35,450 nt of DNA, from the NCBI GenBank assembly GCA_002716165.1, contig PAZT01000017.1, forward strand, positions 21,545 to 56,994, written 5' to 3'. The notes under the pieces were generated by a model, which saw only the letters and a list, made by a program, of their open reading frames with translations, did no database searches and was not told where the DNA came from. Positions within the stretch are counted from its first letter, which is position 1. Each line of letters opens with the position of its first letter. The position numbers were made by a program, and so were the translations under genes. Source of the stretch: Deltaproteobacteria bacterium (GTDB lineage: Bacteria; SAR324; NAC60-12). Positions 1 through 8,937 of the stretch are shown here, piece after piece.

Positions 1-192
1 TTATACAAAATACATTTATGTTTTAAAATTCAACTGTTCAAAATTAAATATTAATCATTCTGTTTAGTTAAATTAAATTATAAATTTAAATAAGCATTTA
101 TATTCAGAGGTAATTATAGGTTCAGTTGTTGCATTCACATAATTAGGGTCAGAGTAATTTGTAAATAATTTTCAAAAAGAATTAAATAAGAA

Positions 193-891
193 ATGGCTCG
201 TCTACAAAGGGCAAATCCAGTGGATTTACCAGTTCATATTTTGCATCGGGGAAATAATCGTCAGGCATGTTTTAAAAACAATGTGGATTATACTGCATTT
301 CTATGGTGGTTAAGGGAATACTCAGAAAAATACATGGTTGAAATACATTCTTGGGCATTGATGGAAAACCATTATCATTTATTATGCACACCTAAGGCTG
401 AACACGGATTAAGTCGGATGGTTCAAGCTTTGGGGAGACAATATGTCCGATACTTCAACGGACAAAATCAAAGAACAGGTACTCTCTGGGAAGGTCGTTA
501 TAGGTCATGTATTGTGAAGCCAGAAAGTTTTCTGCTAGATGTTTATCGATATATTGAATTGAATCCTGTAAGAGCAGCACTAGCTAGTAATCCAGAAGAA
601 TATAGCTGGAGCAGTTACAAGATAAACGCATCAGGCAAGTCCTCGGCACTCTGCAAGCCTCATGCTGAATACCTAAAGTTAGGAGAAACAAAATCTGATT
701 GTGCTGAAAATTACAAGCTTAAGTGTGAAATTGGCTTAGAAAATAATAGGCTTAAAGAAATTAGAAAGTGTATAAATAAAGGACTGGCTTTTGGGGATGA
801 GGAATTTAAAATTGAGGTTGAGAAAATGACTGGTCGTAGGCAGAGAGAACTCAAGAGTGGAAGACCTTTCGGTGGTTATAAAAGAAAATAA
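193..891 (+). CDS. REP-associated tyrosine transposase (RAYT) / IS200-like Y1 HUH transposase, apparently intact
   Basis: 232-aa ORF. HUH motif lies in MENHYHLL and the catalytic-Tyr region is DVYRYIELNPVRAAL...EYSWSSY, typical of the PF01797/COG1943 family. No terminal inverted repeats or flanking REP palindromes seen. Confidence 0.8.
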   Translation: MARLQRANPVDLPVHILHRGNNRQACFKNNVDYTAFLWWLREYSEKYMVEIHSWALMENHYHLLCTPKAEHGLSRMVQALGRQYVRYFNGQNQRTGTLWEGRYRSCIVKPESFLLDVYRYIELNPVRAALASNPEEYSWSSYKINASGKSSALCKPHAEYLKLGETKSDCAENYKLKCEIGLENNRLKEIRKCINKGLAFGDEEFKIEVEKMTGRRQRELKSGRPFGGYKRK

Positions 892-903
892 TTTTTTTAA
901 AAT

Positions 904-1117
904 ATGAAAAAAACATCTATCAGTTGTTCTAAAGAAATGACAGAAAATTTCAACAAATCAGATGCAGTATATTATTTTGGAACCTTTCTTGTTGATCTAA
1001 TTTATCCAAAGGCTGGTATGACGGGAATTGAACTTATACAGTCTGAAGGAGTCGGATTAATTTTCCCTTATAATAAGATATAAAACGGTCAGTTGTTGGG
1101 TGCCTGCTTGGTGCTGA
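904..1117 (+). pseudogene. Remnant of a LutA/GlcF-type CCG-domain (Fe-S) oxidoreductase gene
   Basis: A 59-codon ORF (904-1083, below the ORF-track cutoff) encodes AVYYFGTFLVDLIYPKAGMTGIELIQSEGVGLIFP. This resembles the LutA N-terminus (LFVTCLVD...G.A.VELLE.LG..V.FP) with the first Cys replaced by Phe. After the stop, a +1-shifted stretch SCWVPAW resembles the CCGQPAY signature. The rest of the gene is missing. Confidence 0.4.
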
Positions 1118-1282
1118 TTGTAGATCTTGGCTCAATATTTCAGTTGCAATAAAGTATTTACGAATGTAGATAAATTATAAGCATGTTGCGGAATTTATCT
1201 GGCAGCGTATCTCCAAAAAACATTTTATAATATGTATTGTTTAAATATTAAGGCTGTTAAAATCATTTTAAACAATAAGTAA

Positions 1283-2289
1283 AAAGTTAAAACAATTCCA
1301 TTAAAAATAAACATCAGCAGTCAGCATTTAACGCTTGAACAAGTAGAGGGTATGACTGTTAAGGCCTTGTTTGGTGCAGGGGAATCTATTAAATCTGCAT
1401 CCTCAATGGGTAAGGCAGTAAGGGCTGCAGAAAGAGATGGTATTTCAAGTCATGGAATGCTTTATGTTCCAACTTACTGTGAACATGTGAAATGTGGAAA
1501 AGTTGATGGGAGTACAAACCCTGAAGTTTTTTCTGGTCGTTTATCAGCGTTACTTGTTGATGCAAAACAGGATTTACTGAACTGATACCTCTCGTAAAAG
1601 CTAATGGATGTGCTGCAATGACTGTTAGAAATTCATACAACTATGGAGTGCTTGGTTATCATGTTGAACAGTTGGCAGAAGCTGGATTAGTTGCTATTGG
1701 CTTTACAAACTCACCCGCTTCAATTGCGCCTGTAGGAGGGAAAAAACCTGTAATCGGGACCAATCCATTTGCCCTTGCTGTTCCTAATGCAGCAGGAGGT
1801 ACAAAATTTATATTAGACCAGAGTGCAAGTGTTGTTGCCAAAAGCGAGATTATGATGCGTGCTCAAGAGGGAAACTCAATTCCGGAGGGATGGGCACTTG
1901 ATTCAAAAGGTAACCACACCACTGATCCAAAAGTTGCACTAAAGGGAATTATGTCTCCATGTGGGGGGTTACAAAGGTTTTGGAACAGGATGAATGGTAG
2001 AAGTAATGGCTGCTGCGTTAAGTGGTGCCATGCTTGGCTTGCAAGTCCCTTTTCAGGTACAGTTGGAGGACCCCCGAAGACAGGACAGTGTTTTCTGGCA
2101 CTTGACCCAAGTGGTTTTTCAGGATCGGCATTTAATGAAAGAAATAACGAGCTTACCAAAGCTATTATAAGTCAAGAAGGAGCACGATTGCCCGGCGCTA
2201 GGAGATTTGGGAATCGAAAAAGTATCGATAAGGAAGGTATTTATGTTTCAGATTCTCTTCTTGAAAAAATTAATAGATATTGTATTTGA
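1283..2289 (+). pseudogene. Malate/L-lactate dehydrogenase family 2 (Ldh_2; ComC/AllD-like) gene, disrupted by several frameshifts and an in-frame stop
   Basis: Homology runs through three frames: ERDGISSHGMLYVPTY (frame of 1352), then GFTELIPLVKANGCAAMTVRNSYNYG...GTNPFALAVP (frame of 1618, shift at the A4 run 1564-1567). It continues as GGYKGFGTG*MVEVMAAALSGAMLG (+1 frame after the G6 run 1963-1968, with TGA at 1991-1993) and returns near 2040-2056 to SPFSGTVGG...ALDPSGF...RLPGARR. No good start codon. Confidence 0.75.
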
Positions 2290-2435
2290 AATTTCGATCA
2301 AACTTTTGATTTTGTCCCAAAAATGTAAGTAAGCTTTCAAACCTTTATTCTCCACTGTAAATTAATGCATTTGTAAAAATTAATTTTAGTATAATTATAC
2401 TGTATCTTTTTAACAGTCATTTGCTATGCAGCTGA

Positions 2436-2666
2436 TTATTGCATGCATTGAATGCTTGCTCTTGTATATGGACCATAGACCTCTTCCTGCAAGACTTTAA
2501 AATCTCCATGACAGTATTTAACAGCATTAACCTCCAACTTTTCACGATTTTCTGTTTTGAAAAAAACATAATCTGGTTCTGCTTTGCTGCAACCAGAGAA
2601 AATCAGAATCAGTAGTAAAAGTATTCGGATTAAAATTTCTTTGCAGACTTTCAGATAGCTATTCAT
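2436..2666 (-). CDS. Small putative lipoprotein (76 aa) with a conserved Cys pair
   Basis: Hydrophobic signal peptide ends in the lipobox-like IFSGC. Its ATG overlaps the rarA-fusion stop (ATGAATAG on the minus strand). It resembles the 64-aa ORF at 17310-17504. Confidence 0.55.
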   Translation of the reverse strand: MNSYLKVCKEILIRILLLLILIFSGCSKAEPDYVFFKTENREKLEVNAVKYCHGDFKVLQEEVYGPYTRASIQCMQ

Positions 2667-4863
2667 TTTTGGAATTCTTTAAAATGCGCATGAACAAACT
2701 TACACTGCGCCACTTGACAATTTTTCCTGCAACTTTATTCAGGAAAAAATCATTCAAAACCTGCAGCTCCTTTTTAGATATAAAAGATGAAAGCTCAAGA
2801 AGGTTTTCTGTAATTTGGTTCCCATTTTCAGCTTTAAACCATTTTTTTACATGTTCTTTCTTAATCATTACTGGCGTGTTGAATTCTTTTACATCCCAGT
2901 AATCAACAACCAAGGTTTTTTTTTCTAGTAGACCATGTAGTGTTTTTGGCGTCCAGTTGCAACGAGGATTAAAGGGGTTATTGTATATATTGTTCTCTGC
3001 AAGAATAAGCTTTTCACGTAATTCATAATCAAGGTTTTCTAGGGGAGTTAATTCTGAAAGACGCTGTCCAAGAAAAGGAACATTTTCGGTGAGTATCATA
3101 ATTCCTTCAGCTGAAATCCATTTAGATAAATTTTTAATAAATGAAGCCTTATCAATATGATTATGAAGGACATTACGTCCCACTATTCTATCAAAAAGTA
3201 AATCATCAATTTCAAAGGATTTAGGATTTCCAGATTTGTCTGCCGCTATAAAAGGCTTAATTACTTGAGATGATTCAGCATAAATTTCATAAAGAAGCTT
3301 TTTTTCAGACTCATTATCAACCAAAGCATAAACTGTCTCTTCAGAAATTTTTCGAATTAATTGTCCAAGCAGCAATCCGTCTCCAGCATTTAGAACTAGT
3401 GCAAGTGAATTTCTGTGAAACTTTGCTAATTCTGTGATTTTCTCTCTGATTTCATTAAGTAAATCTCCAGAACTGTTCAGAGTCCTAGCTCCCCAATAAT
3501 CTGATAAATCTGATTTTTCAGATTCAGATAGTGAATGAAAAAAGGCCAATTGTGCTTCCCGGTTTTTTGTTACATTATCCTTGATGGTCGCCTCGTAGCC
3601 CTGTTCTGATGGCTGATAAAATATCCTTCCCTGTAAAACGTCAGGCAGGTACTGTTGGGCCACCCAATGATCCCGGTAAGCATGAGGATATAGATATCCT
3701 TCACCATGTCCAAAACCCTCCCTGTCTCTGCTGGCATCCTTGAGACTTTCTGGGACTTCCCCGGACGCCTCTTCCCTAACTGAATTAATAGCATCAAAAA
3801 AAGCAAATGTAGAATTACTTTTTGGAGCAGTACTCAAATAGAGACATGCTTGTGCCAAGTGAAATTTTCCTTCAGGCATACCAACATAATCAAAAGCTTG
3901 TGCTGCGGAAGAAACTATACTAAGTGCACTTGGGTCTGCCATTCCAACATCTTCAGAGGCAAAAATCATCATTCTACGAAGAATGAACTTGGGATCTTCC
4001 CCTGCTTCTACCATTTTAGCCATCCAGAAAAGTGCGGCATCAGGGTCTGAACCTCGCATTGATTTGATAAAAGCTGAAATGGTATCAAAATGTGCATCTC
4101 CGTCTTTGTCATAGAGCACCGCCCTCTGCTGAATCGATTCTTCTGCAATATTCAATGTTATTCGCAGTTTTTCATCTGAACTTGCTTGACTGGTTAAGAC
4201 TGCTAGTTCCAAGGCATTTAAGGCGGCCCTAGCATCACCTGATGCTACTTTTGCGAGGTGAATGCGTGCCTCTTCCATAAGTTCTATTTTTTTATTACCA
4301 AATCCACGTTCATTATCTGCAAGTGCGTTTTCAAGGATTTTCTCAACTTCATATGTTGTGAGGGACTGAAGCTGAAAAATTCTCGAACGACTAACCAAAG
4401 ATTTGTTTACTTCAAAAAATGGATTTTCAGTAGTTGCACCAATCAAAATTACAGTACCGTTTTCCACATGTGGAAGCATAGCATCCTGCTGAGATTTGTT
4501 GAATCGATGTACTTCGTCAACAAACAAAACAGAACGCCGCTGGTTTTCGCCACGTACTTTTTTTGCAGTTTCAATGCATTTACGAATGTCCCCTACTCCA
4601 GATAATACTGCATTTATTGAAAGAAACTCAGCCTGAGTTGTATTAGCAATGATTCGTGCAAGAGTAGTTTTTCCAGTTCCCGGTGGGCCATAAAAAATAA
4701 GGCTGGAAAGTTGATCTGCTTGAATAGCGCGACGCAAAAGACGTCCTGGAGCTAAAATATGACTTTGCCCTACAAACTCATCTATAGTCCTTGGGCGCAT
4801 TCTGTCAGCTAAAGGTGCGTCTTTAATAATTTGACTTTGGTTTATGTGTTCAAATAAATTCAC
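2659..4863 (-). CDS. rarA: Replication-associated recombination protein A (RarA/MgsA AAA+ ATPase) fused to a C-terminal class-I methyltransferase-like domain
   Basis: Residues 1-440 are typical RarA: Walker A GPPGTGKTTLA, Walker B LFVDEVHRFNK, ATTENP, and the MgsA C-domain through RIFYQPSEQGYE. Residues 441-734 add ALVLNAGDGLLLGQL (motif-I-like), ALVDNESE and FDRIVGRNVLHNH...AEGIMILTE. Confidence 0.85.
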   Translation of the reverse strand: MNLFEHINQSQIIKDAPLADRMRPRTIDEFVGQSHILAPGRLLRRAIQADQLSSLIFYGPPGTGKTTLARIIANTTQAEFLSINAVLSGVGDIRKCIETAKKVRGENQRRSVLFVDEVHRFNKSQQDAMLPHVENGTVILIGATTENPFFEVNKSLVSRSRIFQLQSLTTYEVEKILENALADNERGFGNKKIELMEEARIHLAKVASGDARAALNALELAVLTSQASSDEKLRITLNIAEESIQQRAVLYDKDGDAHFDTISAFIKSMRGSDPDAALFWMAKMVEAGEDPKFILRRMMIFASEDVGMADPSALSIVSSAAQAFDYVGMPEGKFHLAQACLYLSTAPKSNSTFAFFDAINSVREEASGEVPESLKDASRDREGFGHGEGYLYPHAYRDHWVAQQYLPDVLQGRIFYQPSEQGYEATIKDNVTKNREAQLAFFHSLSESEKSDLSDYWGARTLNSSGDLLNEIREKITELAKFHRNSLALVLNAGDGLLLGQLIRKISEETVYALVDNESEKKLLYEIYAESSQVIKPFIAADKSGNPKSFEIDDLLFDRIVGRNVLHNHIDKASFIKNLSKWISAEGIMILTENVPFLGQRLSELTPLENLDYELREKLILAENNIYNNPFNPRCNWTPKTLHGLLEKKTLVVDYWDVKEFNTPVMIKKEHVKKWFKAENGNQITENLLELSSFISKKELQVLNDFFLNKVAGKIVKWRSVSLFMRILKNSKNE

Positions 4864-4995
4864 CTGTAAGGTTTTTTCAACTATAATTGGATGGAAATTT
4901 CGCTGTTGACTTTATATAGTGTGAGTCGAATCCTTATTCATTATACTTTCGGGAATTAAAATAGTTAATTCCTATTTGAATTACACCTCTAAAAT

Positions 4996-7008
4996 ATGCC
5001 TTCCTTACCCACAACTCAAGCACGGATTAATAAACTAAACTCTATTATTCATCAGTATAATCATTCTTATTACTGCAGTTTTGAATCTGAGACCAGCCAT
5101 CTTAGATGTAATGATGAAAATTATGATTCACTTGTCAGGGAATTGGAAGAGCTGGAAAAACAATATCCAGAGCTTAGATTGGAAGACTCGCCTACCGTTT
5201 ATGTAATAGATAAACCAAATACATCTTTTCCGACAAGAAAACACAAGATTCCTATGCTTAGTCTTGGAAACATTTACTCTTCTGAAGAGCTTCTAAAATG
5301 GGACGGGGACATACGAAAAAGACTTGGAGGACAAAAACCAAAATATGTATGTGAACTTAAAATTGATGGTGTCGCAGTCTCATTGATTTACAAGAATGGA
5401 TTACTTGAGGCAGGATTAACAAGAGGTGATGGTAGTCAGGGGGAGGAAATTACATCCAACATCAAAACTATCAGCAGTCTCCCTTTAATGATAAATGAAA
5501 AAAGCGATTTGGAGGTTAGAGGCGAAGTTTACCTGAAGCGAAAAAATTTTGATGCTATCAATTATCTACGTAAAATTAATGGAGATACATTATTTAAGAA
5601 TCCCAGAAATTCAGCAGCAGGTTCGATAAGGCTTCTTGACAGTACAGAAACTCGCAAACGTAAATTGGATGCTTTTATCTATAACATTGCAGATGGAAAA
5701 TTGCAGGAAACTCATACAGGCAACTTGGATTATCTAAGTCAAATGAAATTTCCTGTTAACAGCGAAACAAAACATGTAGAAACAATTGAAGAGGCAGTTG
5801 AATATTGCCGTTATTGGGAAGAGCATAAGCAGGATCTGCCATATGATATTGACGGGATAGTAATTAAAGTAAATTCACTCAAACATCATCGTCAACTGGG
5901 TTTAACTTCCTCATCACCTCGTTGGGCAACTGCTGTAAAATTTTCAGCAGAACAGGCAGTATCAGTATTGAAAGAAGTTGAAATTGGAGTAGGACGAACA
6001 GGGAACTTGATTCCGGTGGCAATTCTTGAACCTGTAGAACTAAATGGTACAACAGTATCACGAGCAACGCTGCATAACTATTATCAGGTAGACCGTCTAA
6101 ACCTGCACTTTGGTGACTATGTAACCTTGGAAAAAGGTGGTGAAATAATACCAAAAATAGTTTCCGTAGATCCGACAATTCGTTCTGCAACAGCACAAAA
6201 AATTGAACCACCAGATAATTGCCCTGCATGTGGTTCAAGAGCTGTTCATAAAACTGGAGAAGTTGATTGGCGATGTCAAAATAAGAATTGCAAAGCACAG
6301 CAAATAGAGAAAATTTTACATTATGTTTCACGAAAAGCTATGGACATTGATACTATAGGTCCGGCATTGATTGATCAGTTGATGGAAAAAAATCTTTTGC
6401 ATAACGCAGCAGATTTATATCTTCTGAGTCACAAAGATTTATCTGGATTAGATCGAATGGGAGACAAATCATCAAATAATGTAATTGCTGGAATAGATAA
6501 ATCAAGGCAGTGTACCTTAAGTAAATTTATTCATGCACTTGGAATTAATAATGTTGGAGAAAAAACTGCGGATATTTTAGCACAGAATTTTGGAACTCTG
6601 GAAAAGCTGATGTACGCTGAAGAATTAGAATTGGAAAATATTGAAGAAATTGGACCCATTACTGCGAAAAATATTTTTTGCTTTTTTAGGGACCCTGAAC
6701 AAAAGCAACTTATTTCTGAATTTTTGGAGAGAGGTGTTCAGCCTAAAGATGAAAAAATACTGCAGATTTCTGATTCAGCTTTCTCTGGTAAAAATGTTGT
6801 AATGACAGGCACTCTATCAGAGCCAAGAGATGTATGGAAAAAGCGACTAAAACAGGCTGGAGCAAATGTAAGCAGCAGTGTCTCCAGTAAAACTGACTAT
6901 TTACTCGTTGGAGATAACGCGGGGACTAAACTCTTAAAGGCTGAAAAACTGAAAGTAAAAGTGTTAGATGAGGTTGATGCCATTAACTTTTTAGAAAATA
7001 AATATTGA
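4996..7008 (+). CDS. ligA: NAD-dependent DNA ligase LigA
   Basis: 670 aa. Adenylation motif CELKIDGVAVSL, OB fold, Cys4 zinc finger CPACGS...CQNKNC, HhH region and C-terminal BRCT (GKNVVMTGTL...DYLLVGDNAGTKLLKAEKL). Confidence 0.95.
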   Translation: MPSLPTTQARINKLNSIIHQYNHSYYCSFESETSHLRCNDENYDSLVRELEELEKQYPELRLEDSPTVYVIDKPNTSFPTRKHKIPMLSLGNIYSSEELLKWDGDIRKRLGGQKPKYVCELKIDGVAVSLIYKNGLLEAGLTRGDGSQGEEITSNIKTISSLPLMINEKSDLEVRGEVYLKRKNFDAINYLRKINGDTLFKNPRNSAAGSIRLLDSTETRKRKLDAFIYNIADGKLQETHTGNLDYLSQMKFPVNSETKHVETIEEAVEYCRYWEEHKQDLPYDIDGIVIKVNSLKHHRQLGLTSSSPRWATAVKFSAEQAVSVLKEVEIGVGRTGNLIPVAILEPVELNGTTVSRATLHNYYQVDRLNLHFGDYVTLEKGGEIIPKIVSVDPTIRSATAQKIEPPDNCPACGSRAVHKTGEVDWRCQNKNCKAQQIEKILHYVSRKAMDIDTIGPALIDQLMEKNLLHNAADLYLLSHKDLSGLDRMGDKSSNNVIAGIDKSRQCTLSKFIHALGINNVGEKTADILAQNFGTLEKLMYAEELELENIEEIGPITAKNIFCFFRDPEQKQLISEFLERGVQPKDEKILQISDSAFSGKNVVMTGTLSEPRDVWKKRLKQAGANVSSSVSSKTDYLLVGDNAGTKLLKAEKLKVKVLDEVDAINFLENKY

Positions 7009-7060
7009 TTATTTTTCTACTTATTAAAACTGTTTCTAACTTCAAAAAAATGGGCAGATA

Positions 7061-7936
7061 ATGAAAGGAGTCATACTAGCTGCGGGTTACGCTACGCGTT
7101 TTTTACCTGCTTCAAAAACTATCCCTAAAGAAATGTTTCCTCTGATTGACCGACCGGCTATCGATTTCATTGTGCAAGAGATGGCTGATTCGGGAATCCG
7201 GGATATTCTGCTTGTTTCATCACGCAGGAAAAAAGTTATGGAGGATTATTTTGATAGAGAGGTAGAGTTATCTTCAGAATTTTCAAAGTCTAATGAATAT
7301 GAAAAGCTAGAAGTTATAAAGCCAATTGAAGCAAATATTTTTACCCTGCGACAGCAGCATATGATGGGGACTGGTAACGCACTTTTGCTCGTTGAACCCT
7401 TTGTAGCAAATGAGCCATTTGTTGTTGCATACCCTGATGATATAGTACTTGGTGAAACTCCCCTTTCAAAACAATTGATTGAGACATGGGAAAAAACAGG
7501 CACCACAGTTTTAGCAGTTAAAAAAATGGAGGAAGACCAGTTATCAAGATATGGAGTAATAGAACCTTATAATTCTGGTAAGATCATGAAAGTAAAAAAA
7601 ATGGTTGAAAAACCAAAACAAGGTACTGCTCCAAGCCATTTTGCATCATTTGGACGTTATCTCTATACATCGGATATTTTTGATGCTTTGAAATCCAGTG
7701 ACAAAAATCATTCTCAGAGTGAAGAATTTACACAAACCGAAGCTATAAATCATTTGGCAACAAAGGGGTTGGTTTCTGCGATAAAATTTGAAGGCACTCG
7801 TTACGATCTTGGAGAACCCCTAGGTTTTTTGACATCTGCTTTGAATATTGGTCTTATGCGCTCGGATTACAAAAAGTCTTTGCTTAAGGAAATGCGAAGG
7901 CTGATTGATTTTCATGATAATACTGAAAGAAGATAA
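7061..7936 (+). CDS. galU: UTP--glucose-1-phosphate uridylyltransferase
   Basis: 291 aa. The N-terminus KGVILAAGYATRFLPASKTIPKEMFPLIDRPAIDFIVQE matches the GalU/GtaB signature. Contains VEKP and the GRY motif region. Confidence 0.85.
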   Translation: MKGVILAAGYATRFLPASKTIPKEMFPLIDRPAIDFIVQEMADSGIRDILLVSSRRKKVMEDYFDREVELSSEFSKSNEYEKLEVIKPIEANIFTLRQQHMMGTGNALLLVEPFVANEPFVVAYPDDIVLGETPLSKQLIETWEKTGTTVLAVKKMEEDQLSRYGVIEPYNSGKIMKVKKMVEKPKQGTAPSHFASFGRYLYTSDIFDALKSSDKNHSQSEEFTQTEAINHLATKGLVSAIKFEGTRYDLGEPLGFLTSALNIGLMRSDYKKSLLKEMRRLIDFHDNTERR

Positions 7937-8192
7937 TGTCAGCAAAATTTTAATGAATTATTAATTCCGTAATTAACATAATATTTTTAAGGAAATATTA
8001 GAATATTTTCCCTTAATTAAATATGATTTATCTTTTCTTTTAAAGTTTTGTATTATCTGATGAAGATTATTTAAATAATATTTCTTATCATTGCAAACTT
8101 ATGAGAATGAAAAAATTCATTTTTAAATCTTAATATAAAATTTTAACATTATTGAAATACAAAATTACGTGTTTCTAGGAAAATATATATAT

Positions 8193-8822
8193 ATGAACAA
8201 TACTGAACTGATTTTAATACGTCATGGAGAAACGCTCTGGAATACCCAACTTCGAATGCAAGGAAGCCTTGATAGTGAATTAACCCATAAAGGAGAGTTA
8301 CAAATAAAGGCTCTTGGAGAATGGATGAAAGAAGTTCCTTTTGATTATCTTTACAGCAGCGATACTTTACGTGCACGGAAAACTGCCGAATCTATAAGCA
8401 AATATAGTGGTCACCCTTTGAATTTTGACAAACGTCTTCGTGAAAAGAACCTTGGAATTTTTGAAGGTTTGACTTCAGAAGAAGCCAAAGAGAGATATCC
8501 TGAATCATTCAAGCTCTTCAAAACTGCTGGAGCAAATTATGCGATTGATAAAGGAGAAAGTACACAACAGTTGCTTGATCGTGCTCTTGATGTAATTGAG
8601 GAGATTAGAAATCTTCATCCTCACAAAGTATCGGTGTTGGTAACACATGGCGGTGTTGTGAGAGTTTTAATGAAGCACGTTCTTGAGATACCGCTTGATA
8701 CATCTACTCAATTTTTGATTAGTAATACAGCGATATTCCGTTTAGTCTGGAAAGATAAGTGGACTGTTTCAGAAATGGGGGTTTTATCACATCTAGGAAA
8801 AATAAATGACGTTCCAATATAA
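8193..8822 (+). CDS. Histidine phosphatase family protein (phosphoglycerate-mutase-like)
   Basis: LILIRHGETLWN catalytic RHG motif and a second His in VLVTHGGVVR. ATG 8193 is preferred over the in-frame GTG 8169 of the ORF track. Confidence 0.8.
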   Translation: MNNTELILIRHGETLWNTQLRMQGSLDSELTHKGELQIKALGEWMKEVPFDYLYSSDTLRARKTAESISKYSGHPLNFDKRLREKNLGIFEGLTSEEAKERYPESFKLFKTAGANYAIDKGESTQQLLDRALDVIEEIRNLHPHKVSVLVTHGGVVRVLMKHVLEIPLDTSTQFLISNTAIFRLVWKDKWTVSEMGVLSHLGKINDVPI

Positions 8823-8937
8823 ATCTAGCCTAAATTTATTCTTGAGTAAATATACTTTAAAATACTTAAACTTTTAGAATTACCATCAAAATAATCTACA
8901 AATTTGCTAAAATTTATTATTTTTTCAATCTTGCATT

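Noticed and set aside
122-1097. Recurring TCAGTTGTT motif (122-130, 921-929, 1089-1097, with CAGTTGGT CAGTTGGT at 15030-15048), considered as possible REP sequences for the RAYT.
   Set aside because: Two copies lie inside the LutA-like coding remnant; one is the degraded CCG-motif codons. There is no palindromic REP-like structure. Repeated 8-9-mers are expected by chance in about 1 kb of biased sequence.
1991-1993. In-frame TGA within the conserved Ldh_2 peptide, considered as a possible recoded codon (Sec, or TGA read as Trp/Gly).
   Set aside because: TGA is used as an ordinary stop by clearly intact genes here (ligA, rpsF, the 15151-15885 ORF). The same gene also carries several frameshifts, so pseudogenisation is the simpler reading.
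2388-2401. Perfect 14-nt palindrome AGTATAATTATACT downstream of the mini-lipoprotein gene.
   Set aside because: It is an A/T-dominated palindrome of this length, not clearly distinguishable from chance in such AT-rich spacer. It could be a weak terminator or operator, but I cannot support either.
1389-4605. Short ORFs overlapping the Ldh_2 pseudogene and rarA, antisense or in another frame (1389-1640, 1659-1841, 1863-2159, 2669-2902, 3570-3806, 3850-4050, 4258-4605).
   Set aside because: All are nested in regions explained by the opposite-strand or other-frame gene. None has a recognisable motif.
5879-6331. 150-aa ORF antisense to ligA.
   Set aside because: It lies entirely inside a well-supported essential gene on the other strand. 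It is a low-complexity Leu/Gln-rich translation typical of antisense frames, with no RBS or motif.
7989-8014. Imperfect hairpin AAGGAAATATT-AGA-ATATTTTCCCTT after galU, considered as a terminator.
   Set aside because: The stem needs bulges and there is no following T-run, so the evidence is too weak for a feature.
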